Below are positions 50,703 to 64,000 of a stretch of DNA of 64,000 bases, one piece after another. The notes under the pieces are model-generated. The model saw nothing but the letters and a program-made list of their open reading frames with translations, ran no database searches and had not been told where the DNA came from. Each line of letters opens with the position of its first letter. Positions within the stretch are counted from its first letter, which is position 1. The translations under genes were made by a program, and so were the position numbers. The stretch lies in the NCBI RefSeq assembly GCF_009914755.1, contig NC_060926.1. One strand, written 5' to 3'. The DNA comes from the human T2T-CHM13v2.0 reference genome, Homo sapiens.

Positions 50703-51573
50703 AAGAATCAAGCACTATCAACAGTTAAGTATTCAAAATGACAAAGGTGATGGATAAATTTGATTCTAACACTGTTTGAAGTTTCATGTGTCAAAATAGG
50801 ACAAAACAGATATTCTGTAAACCATGCTTTGCCATTCAATAAATTGATGCCACTTACCATATTTTATGACCACTTTTTTGGCAGTTATATTTCAAACCTA
50901 GAAAGTACTATAATTCTATAAATAATCAAAGTCACACCTCTTAATATATTACATAATTGAGTTTTTATGCTTTTCTCTAAAATTAAAATCTACTCATACT
51001 TTTTCTCAGATTTGTCTCCATGGCAGCCAGATACCCAAACAGAAAGTCTAGAATTCACAAAGATGAACCGTAAGTTTCTAAACTGGACCCAAGTCAAGGT
51101 AAACATATTTGCAATGCCAACTTTTAGTATATATTACTGAGTGAATGTTAATGCAAAGATTAATGCATATATTCATCATATAGCATTATCAGAAAAGGAC
51201 CTTGAATTACTCCAACTCTTATTTTCCAATTTTAGTTTAATTCTAGAACTAGATAGCTTTCAGGGACAGTAAGAGAATAGGATATAAATGTCTATACAAA
51301 TTAGCACAGGTCTGAATCATGAAATAAATTAGTTTGATTTATGGAAAGCAGCTAAGTGCCAAGTAAGAACTAATCCAAACCAAAACATTCAGCACAATTT
51401 TCATTTCTGGCAACTCCAGCTCCCGGCTAGAAAAACTATCCTAGCTATGACAGGCTGGGTGCAGTGGCTCACACCTGTAATCCCAGCACTTATGGAGGCC
51501 GAGGCAGGCGGATCACCTGACGTCCGGAGTTCGAGACCAGCCTGACCAACTTGGAGAAATCCCGTCTCTACTA

Positions 51574-51735
<162 letters not shown>

Positions 51736-52991
51736 TCAAAAAAAGAAAAAAAAAAGCTATCCTAGCTATGACATGAAATGGTGACAATTTATTGAGCTAT
51801 AAAAGTATTAGTAAATTAGTAGATTTGGCAGCCCTTTCTCTAAAGCTGAAACTACTGTTACTGCTTCATACCACAAGTGCTAGAGCCTTGAATTAGACCA
51901 AGGCACTTCCACTCTGAAGTGGAAGCCAGTGGTGAACCAAATTAATCAAGGGAATTTGTTTCCAAAATACATCTACCCCCTTCACACTCCTCCCATCCGT
52001 AAAATTCTGAAGGGAAGTGGAGATGATATAAGTGATATGTGTATGCCTTTTTAAAAACTCCTAAATTGTTTTGAGGTATCTATTTCCAACTCCATGAAGA
52101 ATTCTTAAATTAGGTCCAAACTTTTTCAAAACACTGTATCTATCACAGGCTTAAGGAGCAGAGCTACAAAGTGACAAGGGCTCAACAGAAGGCTAGGAAG
52201 GTAAGGAGCTGTACTCGGAACAGATGTAAGCTACTTTCAGAGCTTTCTGTGCTGGCTCCCTCCAGAATCCACTACATTTTAGTCAGTGATAAATGTTCAG
52301 TTCCACATCCCAAGAAAAGAACATAGGCTACTGACCAGATAAAGTGTAAAAAGAAGCAATTCTGGAAATCAAAAAAAAGATAATAAGCCACAGACGATGA
52401 CAGACAAAAAAATCTTCTGTTCTGGCTTTAAAAGAACAGTAACTCGGAACAAGGATCTCTAAGGGGAAAAAAAAAGAACAATACAAAGTACTGGTATGAT
52501 AACTAGTTTTGAAACTTCTGCCCATATTTTATCAGTTTTTCACTATGTAGCATTGGTTTTTCTATAAGACTCAGTCAAGCTGAAAATTTCAATCATTCTA
52601 GAACTTAATAAACTACTACAAGATGCCAAAACTGTATTGCAAATAATCAAACTTAAATCTGAATTGCATGTCAAGACAGTTAAAGGGCCGGGCTAAAAAA
52701 CACACTTTCAAGGTCTATTTTAGGGCAAACAATTAAACTCCTTTACAATCATTGTTTCAAATTCCTTATAAACAGCTCCAATACTGAAATGTTTCATCAG
52801 AGAGAACTTCTATAACGTATAAACGATCATCTAACCACACTATATGCTAATTTGGACTAGTGTTTCTTTAGCTACTTGGTAATTTCCTACTCGATACTCA
52901 ACTTACTGCATTCTACAATGACACCTACTGGCCATTCAAAATCAGCCATTAGTTCTCTAAGACAGCTCTAGTAGGCTGGTTACATAAGAAG

Positions 52992-52992
<1 letters not shown>

Positions 52993-53034
<42 letters not shown>

Positions 53035-53070
53035 TAAAAGCAACACACACACACACACGCATAAAAGCAA
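52993..53070. repeat. (AC)n microsatellite with duplicated [(AC)n-GCATAAAAGCAA] unit
   Basis: Directly visible; GCATAAAAGCAA follows both AC runs. Confidence 0.92.
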
Positions 53071-53933
53071 AGATTTAACTGGTACTCAAAACACTACAGA
53101 ATTCCACCTAAAATAGAACCAGAAATTTTCTTTGTGACTGAGATTGCATTATTCTTGGAAAAGGAGAAAAGACAAAGAACAAAACACCAAACATCAATAA
53201 AAATTTTTATCTAAAGCACTGACAAATGTCTCAGTACTGAGAACATCTGGGAACAAACAACTTTAATGATGCACCTCTTTCCCAATTAAATTTTTGAGAA
53301 AAAATGAAATTTTGATTTAGGTTCATATATAGGAATATAAATTACCATTAATAGAAAAAAATCACATCTTATAAAGTTTTTCTGACATGCAGTACCGAAA
53401 TAAATTTAGGAAAATTGTAGAGTTGCTGACACTACATTAGACCTTATCTCCTAAGCTAAAGGCAATATTTCAAACACCTTACATTTTAGAAATTTATAAC
53501 ACTTCTTTTAAAATCATTTTCCAGTGCTGCTCTCAAAATTGTTTTTCAATGACCTACAAAATCAAGTTTTTATGTCGTTTGCCCTTCCATAACACATACT
53601 GAATAGAATTCCTATTTTAATTCTACATTTTATTGTGGAAACAATGAATTATAAAATTTTTTTAAATAAGATAATTTAGTTAATTATATCTATAAATATA
53701 TTTTGCCTCTGTCCGAGAGGTTCAGAGTCCACTTTTTAAACCTAATAAATAATTCATAAGTAGCTTCTCAGACTTGCTTACAGAACAAACTACTTAAAAG
53801 TTGACTTTTTTCTGCCGGGCACGGTGGCTCACGCCTGTAATCCCAGCACTTTGGGAGGCCGAGGCGGGCGGATCATCTGACGTCCGGAGTTCGAGACCAG
53901 CCTGACCAACATGGAGAAACCCCGTATCTACTA

Positions 53934-54109
<176 letters not shown>

Positions 54110-54689
54110 TTATTTTTTTCCCCATATTCAGACCACCACCTTATTTGCACAGTCCCTAACTTCCACAATATCCTGGGGGGAGGAAGGGATCTACCAACTA
54201 ATTTTCTAGTCATTTTCCAACTTACACTGAGCTCCTACTGTACATTTTTAAAGGATTCCCCACTTTTCTGAAGATCTTTAAAAAATGTTGTCAGCCTTGA
54301 CCCTCAAATAAATTCACGAACTACAAAACATGAACCTGGCCACATTCATCGCAAACTAGTATCTGTCAAGTCCATAATTGGGATAAGCTCTTCGTGACTA
54401 CTCTATCCTCCATGCTACCACCCTTCGCCTAGAGAACCTGCCAATGTAAATGGCACTCAAGCCAATGAAAAAAGTGTTCTAACACATTAATAGGTTGCAA
54501 GACCTCCTCTCCCAGGAGGGACAACCTAGTTGTTTGGGTAAATAACAGCCAAAGATTACATAATGTACAGCAATAATGAGTGTTCAGAATCTGACCGCCA
54601 GTAAATATTTTTCTTCTCCGCTCCCCCTCACCACCCCCAGGAAATGGCCCTAAGAAGCAATCACTGGGATTTCTCTTAACTGTCTTCAA

Positions 54690-55500
54690 TGCCGTGTCCT
54701 TTTCTCGCCTGGGGCTTTGTGCAAAGAATCCCTTCAGCCCTCACGACACCGCCTTGCTCCCGCCTCTCCTCCCTCTCTGCTGGCGCCACCGCAGCCCCCA
54801 CGCCCTAGGTGGGCCCCCACGTCGCCCCACAAGGCTCGGCTTCCACCCGCCTCGGCTGCCGCCTTCTCCTCCTCACGACCCTCCCAAGATGCTACCTGGT
54901 TTACGAGAGGTTCCGGGACCACCAACACACCGGCTACCGCCTTTCCAGACCACCCTCGCCAGCTCCCGTCTGTAGTTTCCGCGGCCGAAGGAGAAGAAAA
55001 CCCCTCTTCATCTAGCACTTTGCCTCCCCCAAAGACAGCACCGCCGCCTACCTGTCACCCTGCTGTCTCCGGCTTCCTACCGCCGCCGCCTCCCGCAGCA
55101 GCCTGCCAACTGCAGCGCAACAACCAACCCTCTCATTGGGTGAGAACACGCTCTCAACAACAGCCTCCCTTATTGGCTGCAGTATGCCGGCAGCCCCGCC
55201 CTGTGTGCGGTGTCTAAGGATTCCGTCCCCAAGCAAGGACAACATATTATCTTCCCCGCCCTTCTCTTTTCTACAGTATCTGTTACCTCAGTCAGATTGA
55301 GGATGCACATATACTGGGAAAATAATCGACTTCCAGCGTCCCTCATGTAGTCTCTACCTGATTCAGGAATCTCTAACCCAGTATCGGAACGTTAAGCGGC
55401 TTCTCCGCTTTCCTGCCGTGAGAAACTCGAGGTGACAACCTCCGTTTCCGGTTGGCTCCGGTTGCAGAGTTGAGTGTCCTGAGAGGTCAGATTGCTGTCA
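54690..55500. promoter_or_regulatory. CpG-island bidirectional promoter shared by HYCC2 (-) and NDUFB3 (+)
   Basis: Locally CpG-rich non-repeat DNA. ATTGG (CCAAT) boxes at 55135-55139 and 55172-55176; GC boxes CCCCGCCC at 55194-55201 and 55254-55261; ETS/GABP-type TTCCGG at 55446-55451. Divergent first-exon donors lie about 450 bp apart; no TATA box seen. Confidence 0.88.
55052..55125 (-). other. HYCC2: HYCC2 first (non-coding) exon; 5' end approximate
   Basis: GC-rich leader ending GACAG|gtaggc (GT at 55051-55050) downstream of minus-strand CCAAT and GC boxes. A second donor CCAG|gtagca at 54895-54894 could give an alternative first exon. Confidence 0.65.
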
Positions 55501-55501
55501 G
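55440..55501 (+). other. NDUFB3: NDUFB3 non-coding first exon; 5' end approximate
   Basis: Ends GTCAG|gtaaat (GT at 55502-55503) at the right edge of the CpG island; first good plus-strand donor upstream of the ATG exon. Confidence 0.75.
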
Positions 55502-57918
55502 GTAAATTAGGGAGTTGGTGGGAGGCCCGTTGATTAGGATTAAGAGCTAGACTCTATTCTGGGGAGTGCAGAAAAGGAGAGACTAAATGGAGAAGGATGG
55601 GAGGCTGGGAGGGAGATCAAAGAACTAGCAGGCGAGAACTAATGAAGTCCTAGTTTAGAGTTGGGGTAGGAAGAGGTGGTTGGAGGATTCAGTGATCATT
55701 ACTGTAGTTGTTAAATCCAGGTGCTTGTTCCCGCTTCTGCCACACGCAAAATTGTCTTTGTTTGCCTTTGGATCGCAAAGGCAGAAGAACAGCATCACTA
55801 AAAGTAATAACAGTTCATTTGTTTTTTATGTTCTAATATTCATATAATCACAGTTTTTAATACGAGGAAGTTAAGATATATACTTGATAGTCTTCGGTAA
55901 ACTAAAATTGCATGTAGTGGAAGTAGCATTATCTTCTTATTTCTTTCTTAGGGAAAGGATACCAGCACATTTTCTTAGAGCCAGCTTCCTTTAGTGGAGG
56001 TTGATCTTCATGAGACTTTTAGATTCACTTCAGACATAGATAGCTTTTAAAATTTTTGGTTGCATGTTTTTTCTTTATTTAACTAATTTCCTTACTGTTA
56101 TTATTTGAGCTGCTCTGAAACGGAAATAACCACCATTTTTCAGTCCTCAGCACAATTTAAGTCAATTTTTCTATTTTTATTTTTTATTGTCAAGTATATA
56201 TACAGAAGGGTGTATAAAACATACATTTTAAAAAATTATAACTAACAGAAGCAGACACTCCTGTATCCACCTCTTAGATTAGAAAATAAAGCATTGCCAA
56301 TAACTTAGAACATGCAGTCTTAACAGGGGTGATTTTACATTTCAAGGGGTTGAAAATTGGTGGGGCCGGGGTCGGAATCTTAGTTACTACAATGATTTGT
56401 GTCCCTCCAAAGGGCCACAGTATATAAACAGTTATACAGTATATATGTAGTGTTAAATTTTCATGGCGGGGGGTGTGATTAGGAATAAAATGTCTAGAAA
56501 GGTTCCTTACAGGGACAATAGTTAAAAATTGGTTGAAAAACACTGCCTTAGAATCTCCCAGTATGTTTCTGTGATTCCATCTCCTCCACCAAGAGGTAAC
56601 CATTATCCTGACTTGTGCTAAGCACTCACTTGTTTTACTTTAATTTTTCCGTCTATGATGAATTCCTAAAAAATGAATTGTTAGGCATTTCAATCTATAT
56701 AAATGGGTTCAGAGTGCATGTGTATTTTTTTCTGACTCACCCCTTGCTCATTATCCATATTTGTGGAGATTCAATCACACTTTTGCATGTAGTTTTTTGT
56801 TGTATAATATTCTACAGTGTGACTATACCATAATCCCTTCTATTGTTATTGGACATTTGGGTTGTTTACAGTTGGGAGAGAGAATAAACAATGTGGCTAT
56901 AAAGGTTCTTTTAAAAACATATTTCTTAGGCTGGGCACGGTGGCTCACGCCTGTAATCCCAACACTTTGGGTGGCCGAGGCAGGCGGATAATGAGGTCCA
57001 GAGATCGAGACCATTCTGACCAACATGGTGAAACCCAGTCTCTACTAAAAGTACAAAAAATTAGCCGGGTGTGGTGGTGCACGCCTGTAATCCCAGCTAC
57101 TCGGTAGGCTGAGGCAGGAGAATCACTAGAACCTGGGAGGCGGAGGTTGCAGTGAGCCGACATTGCACCACCCACTGCACTCCAGCCTGGCGACAGAGTG
57201 ATACTCCATCTCAAAAAAAAAATTTGTTTTTTTTTAAAGACTAGAGGCTTGATGTCTCTAAGAAAATATTTTAAATATATTTTTTATATTCCATAAATAT
57301 AAACCTTTGATCTGTGATTATGTTTATAAGATTTACAGTTGATAAAGTAGATTCATATATCCAAATTGTTCCAAAGACACTTTTATTTATTTATTTTATT
57401 TGTATATTTTTTGAGACAGAGTCTCGCTCTGTCGCCCAGGCTGGAGTGCAGTGGCGCGATCTCGGCTTAGTGCAATCTTCACCTCCCAGGTTCAAGTGAT
57501 TCTTCTGTCTCACCCTCCCTAATAGCTGGAACTACAGGCATGTGCTACCATGCCCAGCTAATTTTTTTATTTTTAGTAGAGACGGGATTTTGCCATGTTG
57601 GTTAGGCTTTTCTTGAACTCCTGACCTCAGGTGTTCCACCTGCCTCAGCCTCCCAAAGTGCTGGGATTACAGGCGTGAGCCACCGCTCCTGGCCTCCAAA
57701 GACACATTAATATTTTCTAATAACGATTTGATCATCTGTTTTGAGATTAAGTTAATTAAAATTAAATTAAAATTCCCAGTTCCCAACTGCACCAGCCACA
57801 TTTCAAGTGCTAGTGGCTACCATATTGGACAGTGTCTATCTAGAATATATGTACTAGGAGTGGAATTGATGGCCATAAGGTATTCATATGTTCAGCTTTT
57901 TTTTTTTTTTTTTTTTGA

Positions 57919-58026
<108 letters not shown>

Positions 58027-58815
58027 TAGCTGGGACTACAGGTGTGTGCTACCACACCTGGCTAATTTTTGTATTTTTAGTAGAGACAGGGTTTCCCCAT
58101 GTTGGCCAGGCTGGTCTCAACTCCTGGCCTCAAGTGATCCACCTGCCTTGGCCTCCCAAATTGCTGGGATTACAGGCGTGTGCCACTGCGCCCAGCCATG
58201 TTCAGCCTTTCTAGGTCTTGCCAGTTTTTCAGAATGGTTGTGCTTAGTTACATTCTCACCACCTAAGTATGAAAGTAGAAGGCACATCACAATGTGTTTT
58301 CCTCAGCTCTCACGATCTTGCAAGGTAGGTTTTATCTTCATGTTATATGAAGAAACTGAAGTTCAGGGAAATTAAGTGATTTGCCTTGGATTTTACTTTT
58401 ACTAGTGCAAAGTAGGAGAATTTCAAGCTCTTACTTTACAGGTCACGATATCATTGTTTGATTTATGGCTATTTGGAAATAGAAATAAGTTTAAAAAGAA
58501 AAATGGGCCAGGTGCCATGGCTCACGCCTGTAGTCCCAATATTTTAGGAGGCCAAGGAGGGAGGAATGCTTGAGGCCAGGAGTTCAACAGCAGCCTGGGC
58601 AACATAGGAAGATCCTGTCTGAAAAAAAAAAAAAAAAGAAAAAGAAAAAAGAAAATGAAAGGTTTCCTAGAGAAAGTGTTTTCAACTTTCTGCTCTTTTT
58701 GAAAAGTCATTTATATGTTATATTTAGCCGGGCACCGTGGCTCATGCCTGTAATCCCAGCACTTTGGGAGACCCAGGTGGGCGGATCACAAGGTCAGGAG
58801 ATCGAGACCATCCTA

Positions 58816-59073
<258 letters not shown>

Positions 59074-59923
59074 TTAGGTAGAAGAGAAAATACATTGAAT
59101 GTATTTAAATAAACTTGTATAGGAGAAATGAGGGTATGTACGCTTTCATGTTTTCTTTCAAAGATTTATCTTTCAAATTACTTGTTTAAGCACAGTAGTA
59201 TTGTAATTTTGAAATAGTCTTTATACCATGGTAATGTTTCAAGTTTTATTTTCAAAAACTATTCTATCAAAATTCTTGACCCTTTGTTTTATACTCTCTT
59301 CCAAATACACTGATACTCAGGTTGATATTCTAGAATTGACATTTGCCAAAATAAGGGTTTGTCTTGTTTTAAGTGTTTTTAAAATGAAGCCTTATTTTAA
59401 AAAAGATTTTTTGAAAACATGGTATGCAGAAGCCAAGACATTATCATTCTAAATAAACACTTGTAATGGTCTTCGTTTGTAATAAATGTATTCAGTCTCA
59501 AAAGTCAGTCTGAAGTCTGACACCATAATTTTTTTCCTTCATTTTATTGAATCTACCAAGTAATAATGGGTTAAATGTTTCATTCAGAGTTGTGTTGTAA
59601 TTTTAACTTGTGTTTGAGAGTATCGGTTTTCATTTTCATTTTCATTTAAATGTGAAAATCCTCCTGGGTGTGGCTGTAATCCCACTGTAATCCCAGCATT
59701 TTGGGAGGCCTATGCCAGAGGATCAAGGATCACTTGAGGCCAGGAGTTTGAGACCAGCCTGCACAACATAGGGAGGGTCCATCGCTATAAAACATTTAAA
59801 AACTAGCCAGGCGTTGTGCACACTCCAGTCCTAGCTACTCAGGAGGCTGAGGCAGGACAATCACTTGAGCCCAGGAGTTTGAGGCTGCAGTGAGCTATGA
59901 TCCAGAGCAAGACCCTCTATCTT

Positions 59924-59926
<3 letters not shown>

Positions 59927-59955
<29 letters not shown>
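59927..59955. repeat. (TA)n microsatellite at Alu tail
   Basis: Directly visible. Confidence 0.92.
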
Positions 59956-59961
<6 letters not shown>

Positions 59962-60939
59962 TGTGAAAATCATCAACATAATGTTTTTTAGTATCTTAAC
60001 ATGTTTACAAATAATAAGTGTTGGTTTTTCACAGTTAGTATGTACAATTTTTTTCTCATATCTTGGAACTACTTATTTTTTGAGAGAGTCTCACTCTGTC
60101 GCCCAGGCTGGAGTGCAGTGGCACCATCTTGGCTCACTGTAACCTCTGCCTTCTGGGTTCAAGCGATTCTCATCCCTCAGCCTCCCAATAATGTGTCTTT
60201 AATATACACTTTTTAATAATTACCTCTCTCTTCTGAGATGCAATGTAAGAATTCCTACCAGGCCAGGCACAGTGGCTCACGCCTGTAATCCCAGCACTTT
60301 GGGAGGCGGAGGCGGGCAGATCACCTGAGGTCAGGAGTTCGAGACCAGCCTGACCAACATGGGGAAACTCCATCTCTACTAAAAATGCAAAATTAGCCGG
60401 GCATGGTGGCGCATGCCTGTAATCCCAGCCACTCAGGAGGCTGAGGCAGGAGAATCGCTTGAACCCAGGAGGCGGAGGTTGCAGTGAGCCGAGATTGCAC
60501 ACCATTGCACTCCAGCCTGGGCAAAAAGCAAAACTCCATCTCAAAAACAAAAGAAAAGAAAAGAAATCCTACCTTATTGGGCCTGTTCATAGTTATAAAT
60601 ATGGACATAATGGTAATATTTACTTGATTTTACTTCCGGAAAAGCAGTGATTATAGAATTGCTACTGCTTGCCAAGTAATTAGAAAAATAAAAATGTAAA
60701 AAAAAATAAAAGGATTGCTACTGCCAACCTTACACAAATTATAGTATAGTGTTACTAAGCCATACCCCTTAATTTGAATTAGCAATTTAAATGAGGACTG
60801 AGCTGGTTTATTTTTATATTATATATTAAAATAACACTAGTAAAACCAAAGTATTTATATAACCATTGAGGACATGTTTTAATTAAGGAAGCAAATTTAT
60901 TGATTAAAAAGGAGTCCTAAGGTATCTGTTGGCCCAGTT

Positions 60940-61305
60940 CAGGGATCGGCAAACTGCAGCCTGTGGACCAAATCCAGCCCAGTGCCTGTTTTTGTAAGGT
61001 CCATGAGCTAAGAATGGTTTTTACAAATGAACATTTGTAATGACTTTGATGCTAAGGATCACTAACTTTGAGCTCCAGTTAAGTAGAATGTTACCCCCAA
61101 AAGGGGAGTTCCATTTTTTTCGTCAGTAGACCTGTATTACAAAAAAATTTGTAGTCAGTTACTTACTACATTTTGAATTTTATCAATAAGGTATTTGCGG
61201 TAGTGTGTTTTCTCTTCCTATAAATGTACCTACATAATTGCCTCAATTTTACCTCTTTTACCCACAAAGCCTAAAATATTTACGATCTGCCTCTTTAAAG
61301 AAACC
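60940..61305 (+). mobile_element. MER58-type hAT fossil
   Basis: CAGGGATCGGCAAACTGCAGCCTGTGGACCAAATCCAGCC start and CCCACAAAGCCTAAAATATTTAC end. Confidence 0.7.
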
Positions 61306-61556
61306 TTTCATGTAATCATATGTATTTAAAAGCATTGCATTTTAAAAGAATCATCTAAAGAAAATTTTTAAAACAGGATGTATAACCTTTTTATTATACA
61401 TATTTATGCATTATGAAAGGATTCAAAAGGAAAACAATATTGCTTAGAAGTTAGGAGCAGGGGGCCGGGTGCGGTGGCTCACACTTGTAATCCCAGCACT
61501 TTGGGAGGCTGAGGTGGGTGGATCACGAGGTCAGGAGATTCAGACCATCCTGGCTA

Positions 61557-61844
<288 letters not shown>

Positions 61845-61909
61845 TTACTTAATTGCTTGGAGTCTCATTGTCCTCATCTGTAAAATGGGGATACTCATTA
61901 TTTAAGTTC

Positions 61910-62043
61910 AAAGAGTTGTTTTAGAGGTAATGGAGTTAATACACATAAAGCATTTTAGCATATGTTTACTATTTATAAAGAGTTGTTTTAGAGGTATTGG
62001 AGTTAATACACATAAAGCATTTTAGCAAATGTTTACTATTATT
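61910..62043. repeat. 67-bp tandem duplication within a MIR remnant (~61760-62045)
   Basis: AAAGAGTTGTTTTAGAGGTA.TGGAGTTAATACACATAAAGCATTTTAGCA.ATGTTTACTATT starts at 61910 and 61977, with two internal substitutions. Confidence 0.92.
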
Positions 62044-62246
62044 ATAATGAAGAAAAGAACCAGATAGTAAATGGTTATCTCTGAGTGATGAGATTGCCAA
62101 TTATTTTTCTTTTTTATATTTTGTGTATGTGTATTTCCTAACTGTGAACATGGTTGTAGAATAAGACACTTTTATAAAATCCTTTAACTGGAATTTTCAA
62201 GTATTTATATTGGCTTTTTTTTTTAATATTAAATGCTTTACCTTAA

Positions 62247-62465
<219 letters not shown>

Positions 62466-62555
62466 TAAGATGAATTAAGTAATTTAGATAGAATGTATCC
62501 TAGAGAATCAAGTGTCTATGTTGCTTTTCAATGTATTCTCCTTAGAGAATCATGA

Positions 62556-62821
<266 letters not shown>

Positions 62822-63283
62822 TGATCCACCTGCCTCAGCCTCCCGAAGTGCTGGGATTACAGGCATGAGCCACCACGCCTGGCTACTTTAAAAGTTTTTG
62901 GTTTGTTTTGAGACAGGGTCTCACTCTGTCACCCAGACTGGAGTGCAGTGGTGCGCTCACAGCAACCTCCATCTCCCAGGCTTAAGCGATCCTCCCACTC
63001 CAGCCTCCCTAGTAGCTGAGACTACAGGCATGGGCCACCATGCCCAGCTAATTTTTATATTGTTAGTAGAGACAGGGTTTTGCCATGTTGCCCGGGCTAG
63101 TCTCAAATTCCTGAGGTGAAGTGATCTGCCCACCTTGGCCTCCCAAAGTGTTAAAATTACAGGCATGAGCCGCTACACCTAGCCACATTAAAATTTTAAA
63201 ATCGACTTTATTGAGCTATCGTTTATATATAGTAAAATTCACCTGTTTTGAGTGTAAGTCCTTTATCAGATAAAAGTTTTGTG

Positions 63284-63352
63284 GTGCTTGCTTCAGAAAC
63301 ATATATACTAAAATTGTAATACAGAGAAGTTAGTATGGCCCTGTGCAAGGAT
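63284..63352 (+). pseudogene. 3'-truncated, diverged U6 snRNA retrocopy in NDUFB3 intron
   Basis: GTGCTTGCTTCAGAAACATATATACTAAAATTG...TACAGAGAAG.TTAGTATGGCCCTGTGCAAGGAT resembles U6 nt 1-~74 including the ACAGAGA box. It interrupts an old minus-strand L1 fragment. Confidence 0.9.
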
Positions 63353-64000
63353 TTAAAACAATTTTTTTTAAGGTTTGCAAATGTTTTTTCTCACAGTGTG
63401 GCTTATCTTTTTATTTTCTGAATAATGTCTTTCAGAGAGTTTTAAATTTTGATGAATTCACAATTTAGCAATTTTTAAATTTTACAATGTATCCTTTTTG
63501 CACCCTAAGATTATCTTCTATGCTTTCTTTTAGAAGCTTTTATAGTTCTTCTTACATTCTGTGATCTGTTTTGAGTTCATTTTTGTGTCATATGAAGTAA
63601 GGATGAAGATTAGTATTTTTACATATGTGCATCCAGTTGCTCCAGCACCATTTATTAAAAAATTATTGTACCTCCGTTGAATTACCTTAATAATGTTGTC
63701 AAAAATCCATTGAGTGATTTTTGACACTCAATGTGGGTGGTGGCTCGCACCTATAATTCCAGCACATTGGGAAGCCAAGGCAGGCGGATCGCTTGAGCCC
63801 AGGATTTTGAAACCAGCCTAGGCAGTACAGGGAGACTTTGTCTCTACAAAAAAATTTTAAGAATTGCCAGATGTGATGACACACACATGTAGTCCCAGCT
63901 ACTCAGGAGGCTGAGGTGGGCAGATCACTTGAGCCCAGGATGTCCAGGCGGCAGTGAGCCAAGATCTGGCCACTGCACTCCAACCTGGGCAACAGAGAGA

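Noticed and set aside
54694-55245. ORFs up to 166 aa across the promoter
   Set aside because: CpG-island composition, mostly non-ATG starts, no recognisable domain, and they cross splice donors.

Overview
Primate genomic DNA, human or a very close great ape. The SVA, L1PA and Alu content plus the gene pair match human 2q33.1. Two genes sit head-to-head at a CpG-island promoter (~54.7-55.5 kb). HYCC2/FAM126B runs on the minus strand, with non-coding exons near 55.05 kb and 28.94-29.04 kb and its first three coding exons at 7407-7457, 6279-6380 and 439-618. NDUFB3 runs on the plus strand, with a non-coding exon ending at 55501 and its first coding exon at 62323-62464. The introns hold about 50 Alus, two L1PA elements (one 5'-truncated and inserted in an Alu, one 5'-inverted), a complete SVA, processed HNRNPA1 and RPL23A pseudogenes, a truncated U6 copy, and old L1M, MIR, MER and MLT fossils. 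I found no wholly new multi-gene system. The best leads are: (i) private mutations shared by two independently inserted L1s, suggesting ectopic gene conversion; (ii) a 33-bp inverted templated insertion inside the RPL23A pseudogene; (iii) a 19-codon polyproline uORF in the HYCC2 5'UTR exon; (iv) a candidate HYCC2 poison/cassette exon; (v) an HNRNPA1 retrocopy with a 301-codon open frame and an unaltered RRM2. Comparisons with consensus or parent sequences are from memory, not from alignments run here.
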